Below, one piece after another: positions 49,302 through 60,605 of a stretch of DNA of 64,000 bases. A program made the translations under genes and the position numbers. Under the pieces are notes generated by a model. The model did no database searches, was not told the DNA's origin, and was given only the letters and a program-made list of their open reading frames with translations. Numbering within the stretch: position 1 is the stretch's first letter; every line of letters begins with the position of its first letter. This DNA is from Dimargaris cristalligena (taxonomy: Eukaryota): positions 1 through 64,000 of the forward strand of contig ML002233.1 in the NCBI GenBank assembly GCA_003614675.1. The letters are read 5' to 3'.

Positions 49302-50643
49302 CCTTATTTAAAACTGTGCCGACCAATTTAGTTGAAAATGAATATATTATTTTAGAATCCCTTGCTAATGCTCTGCTTCGTAGCCCATTTTCGATATATA
49401 CCAGCTGCTAATAAAATTCCGATTTTGGTACGCCTATTATTATCAGGGAGTTGTTTTGGAATCCCTGAATGGAAGGAAGTGGATATTTGTAGAGAGTCTG
49501 CTATGTGTCCTCTCTTACTCGTAATCTTATTATTATATTTTTAACCGATTCGGCAGTATCGTTATTAAATTAGTGTTTAGTTATTAATTGTACTAAAATT
49601 ATCAGCCCGTCCACTTATTTATGGAAGGCTTCGAATATATTAAGGTACATTGACAGTTTACCTTCCATTTGGGAGAAACTAAGTGAAACTGGACTAGACT
49701 TTGAAGAATAGGCAATTGGCTAAACGGGTGCACTGTAATTTAAGAATGATGGGCAATTTGTGTCCCGTACCTCTGCTTCGAAAACCCGTGGAAAATGACT
49801 CGATACTTTCTAAAGGGGATCTTGCAAGCTGTTCACCCCCCGGCCACCAGGCCACCTTGTGCCTCCCCCCTGGACAGTATTCACGATTTAGTTGAACGAC
49901 TAAATACCACTGCACCCTGGGTGAAAACGTTCCCCCAAATCTCAGATAAAATGGCCGTCATGGCCTTGTTGATAACCCCCAGACCCACATATTAACGTGA
50001 TAAATGTTAATACCGTTGTACTCAGGTCGCAGTCAATGAAATCGACCCCCCACCTCCACATCCTAAACACTCTGTAAAGATAAAAGGTCCATTTCTCAAC
50101 CCTGTCTGCCAAAGGATAAAGTAAGTTGGCATAGCAAACGGCGATTCCCTTATTGTTGAAAACAAACCTAAAGCTGTATGCGTATACTACTATTATTATA
50201 GGGAGGGCAAAGGCATGCCCACTCCATCTAGTCAATCTGGGAGGGTTCCGCGATTACACTGTAGCCAGGCCAAAAAGACCTCATATGTCCATTTTCGCTA
50301 TTCCTTCAAAGTATGCAGCCACCGAATTTGTTCGAATGAAAGAAATGGCAATCTAGACCTTTAATGTGAATAATTATACAGGCTAGTAAATAAAATAAAA
50401 TAAAAACAAAACGCATACGAAACCGAAAACACATAATAAAAATAAATAAGACGTGGTCAATAATAGACCGGAGCCAACAAAATAAATAAACGAACAAATA
50501 AGAGCAAAGTGCCATTTAAACGGCATCATCATAAAAACATTGCGCCAAACTATAATGCTAGCCACATTATGTGGGCAATCACGGCACAATTGGGCGTTTA
50601 TAATAAATCAAAAATCCATGGTAACCGCATATGGTATATAGGC

Positions 50644-52557
50644 CTAGCCACTAAAGAGGCGGACGATATTGAAAGTAAGGCAAATGGACATGACCAAGCA
50701 ACCGTATACGACCAGGGCCATGGATAGAAATTTGAGGACGGTCATGGGGGCGCGTTGGTGGATCTTGTAGAAGAATAGGCCGGGCAAAATAAAGGATATC
50801 GTGGTAGAGCCCGTTGAACCGACAAATGAGAGCACCAGGTCCAGCTGGGATACCGACATCGCCACCAGATACGAGAAAAACAGAATACAGATGGTCACGG
50901 CGATGAACATGCGGCGCGACATGGCAGGGGGTACAATGTTACCGGTAGAGGCTAACGACAAGGGTCGGGACCGACCGGAGTGGCCTCCCCCTCCCACCCG
51001 CAGTCCATCTTCGTCGTCGTCCTGCAGGGCTGCATAGCCACTCTGTTGCGCCTGGAGGTATTCGGTGGGAGCGGTCTCCATCTGGCGCCTTTGGGCCACG
51101 TATAGGCTGCCGTTGGGTAATAGAGTAGAGCCGGCATCAATAGACACATCCCCCCCGCCTAGAATCGGATGCCGACCGTCTAGTATCGGTGAATTGGGAT
51201 CACTGAGACTTTTGGGGCGTTGGAAACGGGGTAGCACGTAGCCACAAATAATCTTGTCCAGGCAGGCCCGGCAAGGGTGGCATTGTAGAGGGTAGGAGAG
51301 CAGCATGAGTACCCCAATAGCCACTTGGCCCAACGTAACCAAGGGCCCGCTGTGGTACATGAGGATGATATTGGGCAATACGTCGTCGCCGAATTGGAGG
51401 TAGCCGAGAATGGCCACGATAAGGTAAGCCACGGTGGCTACGCTAATGGCCAAATGGATGGTACCTTTAATGTTACGGGGGGAGTTGTCCCGTAATTCGT
51501 TATACACACTAAAAATGTTCTGGTGGCAGGTGAATGCAAACACGAAAATGGGGAGGTTGGTGAAGAATTGCGGCGATAGTTTGATGAGGGAGACTCGGCC
51601 GGCGGGGACAGGGGTGCGGGCGGGGTCTAAGAAATTGACCAGCACAATGACCACCAAGTACAACAAGGCTACTAGTGCTACCATGGAGGTATAACGCAGC
51701 GAGTCTAGCCTACGCAAAAAGGCGAGGGGCGTGAGTAACAGAATGGCCAAGGTAATCCAGAAGCGACGGTCCGTCAGCAAAAGAAACAGGAACGAGGGGT
51801 CGGTTTTGGCGTACGTGACCACATTGAGAGGCTCGGGGATGAATAGGGCACTCATGACCTGGGGCATCACTTCACCGAAGATAATGAGGTACGAGATGGA
51901 CACCCCAAAGCACTTGATAGCGATGGCCAGGTCGAAGAAGAGCGAGGCACCCGGGTAGGTCAACTGGCTCACGGTAAAGAAGGAGGCATGTCGTCCTTCC
52001 ACAAAGCGAGCGCAGTAGCCCAGGAAGAAGAGGCCCAGGGCCGAAGCAGCGGCGGAAAAGAGAATAATCCAGCTCCCGAGTAGCAAGCCTACCGAGGCCA
52101 TGGCAGTAGGCATGGCCAGGATACCCGACCCTAAAATGGTGTTACATAAATTGACCACGCATGAAAAAACGGTAGCAGTGGGCTCCTGGCCGTCGACGGA
52201 GGGGCCGCTGGGTGAGCGCGGGGGGGACAGGGAGTCGGCCTCGTCGTAGTCGACGGACTCGGCCGATGAGCGGTGCAAATGGGGGGCCATTGGCCGGGAG
52301 GGAATCCCTATACCCTCCTCGGGGGGGTCGCCGCCACCAGTTGAGCCACCGCTCCCGGTATCGATGCGTCGCAGGGTAGTGTGTGAGTGGGAGTTCTTGA
52401 GGCGGGCCGAGGTACTAGATGCTACCGAGGTCACCGAATGATTGGATTTGGTCCGGGTTACGCGGGGGGCCGACTCTACGGGCCGCGCGGGGGCATTTCC
52501 ATCGGGTACTTGGTTTCGCAGGGGTGGCCCGGCCGTGGAAGGGGCCCTTGTTGACAT
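50644..52557 (-). CDS. AAAP/SLC38-like vacuolar amino-acid transporter, Avt5/6/7-like (637 aa), intronless
   Basis: NLCNTILGSGILAMP, FDLAIAIKCFGVSISYLII, LRRLDSLRYTS, PIFVFAFTCHQNIFSVYNEL, SYPLQCHPCR, VGSTGSTTISFILPG; about 11 hydrophobic segments. Confidence 0.93.
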   Translation of the reverse strand: MSTRAPSTAGPPLRNQVPDGNAPARPVESAPRVTRTKSNHSVTSVASSTSARLKNSHSHTTLRRIDTGSGGSTGGGDPPEEGIGIPSRPMAPHLHRSSAESVDYDEADSLSPPRSPSGPSVDGQEPTATVFSCVVNLCNTILGSGILAMPTAMASVGLLLGSWIILFSAAASALGLFFLGYCARFVEGRHASFFTVSQLTYPGASLFFDLAIAIKCFGVSISYLIIFGEVMPQVMSALFIPEPLNVVTYAKTDPSFLFLLLTDRRFWITLAILLLTPLAFLRRLDSLRYTSMVALVALLYLVVIVLVNFLDPARTPVPAGRVSLIKLSPQFFTNLPIFVFAFTCHQNIFSVYNELRDNSPRNIKGTIHLAISVATVAYLIVAILGYLQFGDDVLPNIILMYHSGPLVTLGQVAIGVLMLLSYPLQCHPCRACLDKIICGYVLPRFQRPKSLSDPNSPILDGRHPILGGGDVSIDAGSTLLPNGSLYVAQRRQMETAPTEYLQAQQSGYAALQDDDEDGLRVGGGGHSGRSRPLSLASTGNIVPPAMSRRMFIAVTICILFFSYLVAMSVSQLDLVLSFVGSTGSTTISFILPGLFFYKIHQRAPMTVLKFLSMALVVYGCLVMSICLTFNIVRLFSG

Positions 52558-55500
52558 TCTATTGAATAGTAGTAATAATAGAAATAGATTTTTAAATAAA
52601 AAAATAGAGCAGGAGTCGGAGAAACAGGGAATATCCGAATATAGACTAAAGGAAAATGGTTAGGCAGTGGTGTACCTCTTTCTGGGGTGGAAGTAAACGC
52701 AGAACTGGGGACTTCTACCGTTGGCTATAGATAACAAGCCACACTTCAATAATAGTAATAATAATAAAATTAAATGTGGGCAGGCACTTGGATGAGAAAG
52801 GGAAGGACCAAAAGTGGATAAGGACTAAAGTCAAGGGCAGATGACCAACCGGTTAACGACGAAGACTGGAGTCGAGGCAAAAATAATAATAGCAGCAGTT
52901 GGTCGTCGTCTAACTCGGGCAATTTCAAGGTAGTAGGGGGAGAATGTGGAGAGAGTGGGAGAAGGAGGAAGTGAATGTGGTGGTGGTGGTGGGGATTCCT
53001 TCTCTCAGGCACAGCAAAGTGGCAGTCCCAGTGGGGAAAGGCTTGTCAAGTAAGTCAAGCAGAGGGAATTAAATCGAGGTTGTGTGGGTGGGGCGCAGCT
53101 CCGGGCGGGTCCAGATAGAGAGGGGATACGTTGATTTGTAGGTAAAGGTGGACTGAACTCGGGCTGCTAAAGAGCCCCGAGATAATTAAATAATGGCGTA
53201 AATATAATCGTTAAAGAAGCGAGAGAAAGAGAGGGAGGGAGAGAATATGAAATCAATTATCGGATAGTCAACCCGCCCTGTGTTATATATAAATCTTTTC
53301 TCTAACGGCCTAGGTCAGCTTTATATTAGTTGGTGCATAGAGGGATATTGTGAAGTATATGCGCATGTATGCTATAAATGCTATAAATTTTTTTATATGG
53401 AAAAAACTAGGATAGGTGCCTATAGTATCTGAGGATATAGCAGCAGCAATAAAAGTTATTATATGTATATGGCGCGCTTTATAAGCGGGGAAAAGCGTAA
53501 AGGAGAAGGGGGGCACTCGGAATATATGGTTGGCCAATATGGGTGGTTAGTTATATATAGTAGGGACTTTTCCATCCCTCATTCTCTAAATGTCGGTCCA
53601 ATCAAATTAGAGAGAAACCAGTAGTAGCTAGGTAGGTGAATGGGCAAATAACTAATGGAGAAAGAGTGATGGTGGATCCCCCCCTTCACCGCGCCAATTT
53701 TTTACATAGCGCGGTGATTAAAAACGACCTTTAGCTGGTATTCCTGCATTCCGCAGAGTAATAAGGGCAGTTTCCCCAGCCTACTCCATAGTTTTTAGTC
53801 TAATGGCATCGATCATTCCAGTGGGGGCAGTGATATATTAATTGCCAAAGGAAGCGGGGCGTATCTGGGCATTTTTATTAGGCCATCAACCCTGCCGAAA
53901 TAGCGAAACAATTGGTTAGGCCAACTAAAAGCCAGGTAAAGACTCAACTAACCCGAAAAATGGCCAGGAAGTTGGGACCATTCCCTCTCCCCCGGCAATT
54001 TCATATTCACTTCTACCCCACCGACCAAGCTATATAAACAATAGAGCGTCACATTGTTATTTTCCAGTCCTCACTAAAGGGCTCGGCTCGCTGGGACATC
54101 GATTAAGCTGTATGGAATTAACCATCTATAGTCCCATGACAACAAGACCATGTGTAGTAGAGGTGGTGGGTGATGCGCCCAGCCTTGCGAAATTTAGCCA
54201 ATCTGAGCCTATGGCTTTATCGGATTGAGCCTGTTCCATATCTGTTGTGTTTTCGGAACTCTGCGCTATTAGGTCCAAAGAGATAGGCGGCTATTTATGA
54301 CCCAGCTGACTTACCCATTAGCCGTATGAACCAGTCTGGGCTGGAGGTGCGCGTACAGCCCCATAACTATGCGGCCGACAACTACACTACCCTTTGGCCT
54401 TTATGGCGCCAATCTCTCTCGTTCGGCCACTAGCGTGTGGCGTCCGTTGGTCGGGGACACCCGTTCATGTATCATATTCCAACTTGACCCCTTCCACCAC
54501 GACCCCCACACCTCTTTCTCTCTCTACCCTCTCCGCAACCTTGGTCGGGCTGGGTAGAACCATAACCGAAAATAATATTAATATAGAGAAGGCCCTTTTA
54601 ACCCATCCTCAGCGACTTCACTGGCTAATATCACCTATATACAGCAGAGCGTATACCCCGGGTGGCGTCGTTCGGGGAAGACGGTACGGCCTGGCCTAGA
54701 TAGTGAAACCCTCGTCCATCGGTTGGACTGCAGGGCCCTTTATGGGTGGCGGAAAGTTAATTAAACAGCCGAGCATCCGAAACAGTGGACACGCGTTCCA
54801 GTGATACAAAGGGAAAAGGCCGGATAATTCTACGAAGTGGAGTCGAGTGTATGGGTGAGTGAGTGAAGGAGTAAGAGTGGTTAATGATTAATCGGGCTTC
54901 GTTACGCCAGCTAAATCGGCTCCAGAGCGAGCACTATCCTCCCCAATACGGGAAAATGGGCGGGGGAAGTAGCGGTGGATGTGGTGGATATGGGGAAGGG
55001 GGGCAACGCCACTGGGCTTGGTTACCCGAAAGCCCCCGCCCCTAATGGCCGGACCATATCGGTGGGTATTTTTCCCACAGCGACCACCCAATTTCGCGCT
55101 ATTACTTGCTGGTTGATGAGATCGTATCCCCCATGTTCCTCCGCTTATCCTCACCTATGGTTTAACCCCAATCGGCCCTGCAAAGGGCGTATACACCGCT
55201 AAGTTCGGTTCAGCGGAACATGGAGATAATCAAATGACGGTTAAGTTATCTAGGCCGCGGCAAATTGCTCATTCCTCCTCCCCTACATTCCACAGCTCGG
55301 CCTCTTCCTCCCTGGTAAATGGAAGCCAACGGCGATAACAAGGGGAGACTGGCAAATTCTCCCCAATTCCCTAAACAGGCACACCACTGTCACACTCCAG
55401 GTTCCCAGTAGCCGATAACTCAGCCCCCATTCGCTTGACTAATGATAGGCATGTCACAACAGTATCATCATTCGGTACCCGCGACCATGGCGGTACAACT

Positions 55501-58149
55501 GATCCTCCCCCCCGCCCATATTATAATTGAAATAAAGGTGAAACATGGATAAGCCGTAGATAGCGGCTATGCCCATTCTGGGTGAAGGAGGGCATACCAT
55601 AAAATGAAACGTCAACCACCTTGTCAACAGCTAATACGAGGGCATCTAGCCAAATTCGGGAGATTGTGGTTGGGGTAGTTGACGTTTCACCAACCCACCG
55701 GTATAGAGTGTGCTAGGTTAAAATTAATCCAGTGACTAAATCGGGGCACTTAATAATACCACAATCATACGGAAAAAGGGCGCGGAAATCCGGCGAGAGT
55801 GTTGTGTATATATGGGTGTGTGTATTGGGAGGGTCTGTTCACTGAATTTACCGGTGGGATTTACAGGCGTGCTACAACGGTTCGGGAGCCGAGTTTTTGT
55901 GGTTCGGAAGTATTTTCGGTATAGAAGAAAGTTTCCCCGTAGTCAAGGGACGGGTGCTGCAAGATCTACGATGGGATAGGCGTATGCCGGTTGTATGATG
56001 CTACCCCGTGACTACTGTGGGTGGCGGCTCCCTTGATTCTAGGTGTGGAGGAGAATACACGAACGATGTAGGCTCCGCTCATTTATGGACAATGCTGGCG
56101 AGGACTACATACCATTCGGCAGACCTCCATAGTAGTTATAGTCCAAATACACACACACCTCTCCCAGTCGATTGGCCGCTCGTTGTCGTTACGTAAAGTG
56201 GGGCTATTCATTGCCGTGTAGCTGTATTAGGAAATGGGAAGGAAACTGCTCCGTAGCTTGTTCGATACGGGGATGTTTGGTAAGTCAATGAAACCCGCCA
56301 ACCTCGTAAAATGCCAAGGGTGGGTGTATACTAGACCATCATATATACCCCGTCCGAGATTCCCAGACTGTGTTATATCCCCTTGTACTTAAGGGTGGGC
56401 CTGGTCTTAAAGACTCCATGGCGGGAGGCATCACTTCTTTCCAGTCCAGTTGGGCTCAGATGACACTGATTAGGAATCTGTTTGCTCATTCCACCTCCCA
56501 GAGTATGTGGAATGTAGAGAGAGCCACCACATCTCTACAGTGGTGGTATACTACGCCCCATGCCTGGGGTGAGGAAAGTATTGGCCATGAATGGATAGAA
56601 TCGTATGACCACAAGTTCACACATGCCTTCTTTGCTTTAGGACAGACGAGGCAGGTTATTATTAATCAATGAATGAATCAAGGGAAAACTATCTGTAAAA
56701 ATGAGGTGACACGCACCTTCCAAACTACTCAAACCGATTGGGAAATAGCCAGTGGTGCTCATCAGCCCGGTTGGTAAACGGACTATACCGCCCGTGTAGA
56801 GATGTATATAATCCAAAATAATCATATACGCATATTTATATCAATGTGGGGAATCCCTGGAGTGGTTTTGAGGTATATTTTCCAAGCAAGATCAATTGGA
56901 TAGCCGGCTGAGCTGAAGGGTGTTCCGGGCCACCTGCGATAAGCGCCCGGTGGAATAGTACATTTTTTGAACGGCGGCTGAATTCACTGCACTATACTGC
57001 AGGTACCCATGACCAATTTCCCGTGGGCCGTAGGATGCAGACCTACATTTGCTTTGCCAAGTAACAACGGCAAGACAATGTGGGTTGACCCTTACTAGTC
57101 TAGATAGTGTGCGCGGGGAGTAAAAATCCTCATCCAGTCATATTGCATCCCTGGTCCCTGTTTAGGTGTTGGTGGTGTGATAAACACGGGAGAAGGGCCC
57201 ATACTACTCTAATTGCCTAAATCCCCATGAAGGATATTATTCATACGAACAAGCTAATTGATGCATGAGCCAGTAGTAGTCCCCTAGTAGGACTGGGGGC
57301 GTTGGTTGTGAAGTTAGCCGGGTTCCACTGAAGGGAAATCCCCCTGAACTAATAGCTTCGAAACACATAACTTAGCCGATGCCACACCCTCTATTGCTCT
57401 CTATATATATTTCATGTATTTGTATTCCGGGGGATATTATCCCCGCCATAGGGCTGGATGGGAAAAAGGGTCGTCATGGTGGGGTAGTAGGGCGCATGAT
57501 CGGATTAGACGATTAAAACGCCCTTCATTGGTGTGCAGCCCTTAAAGGCACTACTATAGCCATCGGCATGAAAGGCGGAACTTTAATCAATGACCCCCCA
57601 GTAAAAAAAGACATTTTCCTGTAGATTAAAGTGGGTGGGGGACGAAACGAGACAAGATCAGTATTAGAAAGAGGAGGGGCCCAACTCGGCTTAATTAGAC
57701 CGTTTCAAGGAACTCGCGTTTCACATGACGGCGGTGTGCCGAATGAATGAATGAATGAAACGAAAGGAAAGGGAAAGGGCAATATATACACATACATATA
57801 TCTATATTGCACGGGATAAATCAAGAGGGAATGCTGGGTAATTAATTTTCCCCGCCTCTCTGCGGCCATGTTGGCGGGGCAAATGGACTCATTAGCGTGG
57901 CCTAAATGGTTGGCTGGCTCGTACGGCCTAGTGGTAATAGACCAGAAGAAGATCGCGCGTTCTTTCCTCCCACCCAGGGCAGGGCAGGGGCCGCCGCTGT
58001 TTTTTTGGCCGGCTGACCAACCGCCCCTCAAACCCTCTGTAGTGCCTTTTCCCGCTGCCAAATCACCCTATCACTGCCACTCCTCCATTTCCGGTACTAT
58101 GCACCCTATACTCCCGTGCTACCTATTCCTAGCGAGCCCTTTTCCGGGA

Positions 58150-58156
58150 TATATAA
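58150..58156 (+). promoter_or_regulatory. Candidate TATA box of the metallothionein gene
   Basis: TATATAA about 150 nt upstream of the ATG, followed by a CT-rich leader. Confidence 0.5.
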
Positions 58157-58302
58157 TCCCCGGCCCTTCCCTTCCCAAATCACCTCGAACTCACTCATAG
58201 ATACTCACGACTGCCCGCATTTGCCTGAACTTCCTTCTCCTCCTCCCCCTTCCTTACCTTACCCCACCCCCCCTCTTCTCTCCCCTCCCTCTCGTTCTCA
58301 AA

Positions 58303-58482
58303 ATGGCCAACCACCCCACTGCTTGCTCCTGCGGCGGCTCCTGCCAGGGCTGCTCCTGCGCCAGCGGCTGCTCGTGCTCCCGCGTCAACAACCAGTCCCA
58401 GGCCTGTCCCTGCGGTGAGACCTGCGGTTGCGGTTCCGCCTGCAGCTGTGGTAGCGACTGCTCGTGCAAGAGCTGCAAATAA
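58303..58482 (+). CDS. Metallothionein (59 aa, 16 Cys)
   Basis: Hand translation: MANHPTACSCGGSCQGCSCASGCSCSRVNNQSQACPCGETCGCGSACSCGSDCSCKSCK-TAA. Seven CxC motifs, no aromatic residues, strong C-ending codon bias, start context CAAAATGG. Shorter than any ORF in the supplied track. Confidence 0.93.
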   Translation: MANHPTACSCGGSCQGCSCASGCSCSRVNNQSQACPCGETCGCGSACSCGSDCSCKSCK

Positions 58483-59411
58483 ATTATAAACCCCACCCAT
58501 ATCGCTGTCAGTCCGTCCGTTCGTTCGTCCATCCCTCCCTCCTTCACCGCCTTGCCAGTCTGATGACCAGAAGTCCTCTATGTTTCATCCATGGTGAATA
58601 ATCATCCCCCTTCCACTTCCCCTTCTTCCACGTAAATCGTGGTCGACGATTCCATCCCGCTTGGACAAGTCATTGGGAGGGTGTGCTAGGCAGTGGCGTC
58701 GATTAAACATGTATATCTGATATTGCCGGGTCCGAGATACTCCCCCTTCTCTAACTTATAACCCACTTTTATCATACTACTACGATTTCTAAATACCCGG
58801 GGGTCTGTGGCCCTATTACATATATATGTATTACAATCCTGTCTATAGCCTTTACATATAGTATACATATATAAATTCATCTAGTTCCCGGCCTAATTCA
58901 TCGTATGTGCATATGTAAAGGGAAGCAAGTCGTCTATAGCTAGTAAGTGATCTTGGAAGGATATAAGAGTACGTGTGCATGTGTGGGGCGGAAGAGGGTT
59001 AGGTTGAGTAGCAGCAGTTAATTGAGGTATTTCACCAGGTTTTTCATGACCGTCTGTACGAGCATCTTAGTCTGGTGCAGCACCTTACAATGTCCGAGTG
59101 CTCACCAGTACTTAGCCCGTTCATTATTTTGAGAGAAGAGGGCAGCAATTAAAACTAGTCCGGATAAATTGGTATGAGAAAACCGAGACCGTTAAGAACT
59201 TGTCGTAAAGGTACGTTAAATATTTATTCCGACGTTTCTAAAAATTAGGGATGGGAGAGAGACGGGGGAGAGAAACGGCGTAATCGCGTAGTCTTATACA
59301 GACCAACCCCCCCCCCCGGTATAGGGCAGGGTGGGTTGTCGAAAAGGCCAATTTGGCTGATACAGCCGGTACCTCCTTTCGCAAATAATACCCCACTCCT
59401 TGACCGTACCA

Positions 59412-60605
59412 TTAGTACACATTGTAAATAGGGAAATAGACACCGGGTTCGTGTTCCTGAAGTTCTTCGGATATGGTGTACTTGTAGCCCTTGCCGGGCA
59501 GTGGGGGCAGGTGGGTCTCGGAGAAGAGGGGTTTATCCAAAGCCTGGATAACTGCCGTTAAGTTGGCCGTCGGAGTCAGCTCAGTGGAAGCCGAAGTGGC
59601 CGTGACATCAGCAGCAGCAGCAGCAGTGGCGGCAGCGTCAGTATCCTGGGCAGGTGCGGCAATGGTTTCAGCGGTTGGCGCGGCGATCATCTGGGCCACA
59701 TCGGTTTGGCTGTAAAGTGCGAGCCGGGGGTAGTTGCGGCGCACATCGCGTTGCCAGTAGTAGTTGTCGGAGACGGCGAAGGCCTTGGTTACTTTGGGTA
59801 CGTACTTCTTCTGCGAGCTTAATAGGTATACCAAATTCCGGTACAGGTGGATAGGATGGAGTTGGGAGGGGGGGTGTCAGTTAGATTCCATGTTAAAACA
59901 TTAAAATGGGTCCTTTTTGGTGGTGATAAATGGGGGACAGTCGATCAGTTCAAGACAATTAATCAAGTTTACAGTTGGACAAAAAAATTCCCTCCAAGAC
60001 ACACTGGACTTAGGTTGTTTCGTTTTAAAAAATACATACTATTTGGATAAAGTCGTAAATGCATAACTTACTCAGGAGACGGCTTGCGGTAGGTACCTGG
60101 GTTGAACATGGACTCGGCAGCATTGGGGTTCTTCAATACAAAAGATAGGTTATTAAATATATCCAGGAACGAGGTAGGGCAAATATTAAATTAAAATTAC
60201 GGTTAATGCCACAACTAAGAGTATCAGTAACAAGCCCGGTAAATTACGGGTACATGGTGCATTGGGTGGGGCACATTTCCAGTGATGGGGGGATAGCATT
60301 GTCAGTAGGGTGGCGGTTGGGGCAGAGTGCAATTTCGACACCTGGGCCAACTATTGCAGCATTCGCTGGGGGGAGAAGAGGTGGTTGAGACTATCCCAAT
60401 CGAAAGAACCACCGCGAGAGGTTAGGCGTGGCCCCGATTAAATCATAAGTAGGGAGTAAACCGAAAGAATATGACGACCCAACTGCGCAACCAGGGATTC
60501 GTAGACAGGGTTTGCTTATTGAAGTCTAGTAATGTGACGGTTGAAAAGCAATGCACTTACCACCACCAAGTATTTCTTCACGGTGTTCCAGAATTTGCTG
60601 CTCAT
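59412..60605 (-). CDS. NDUFA7: Mitochondrial complex I accessory subunit NDUFA7 (B14.5a, fungal NUZM type; ~169 aa)
   Basis: Exons 60605-60561, 60130-60072, 59817-59412 give MSSKFWNTVKKYLVV|NPNAAESMFNPGTYRKPSPD|SQKKY...VSDNYYWQRDVRRNYPRL, the family signature. Confidence 0.85.

Noticed and set aside
58116..58547. Three ORF-track proteins (Leu/Arg-rich, Ala/Gly-rich and Gln-rich) over the metallothionein
   Set aside because: They are shadow frames of the repetitive Cys-codon-rich metallothionein gene.
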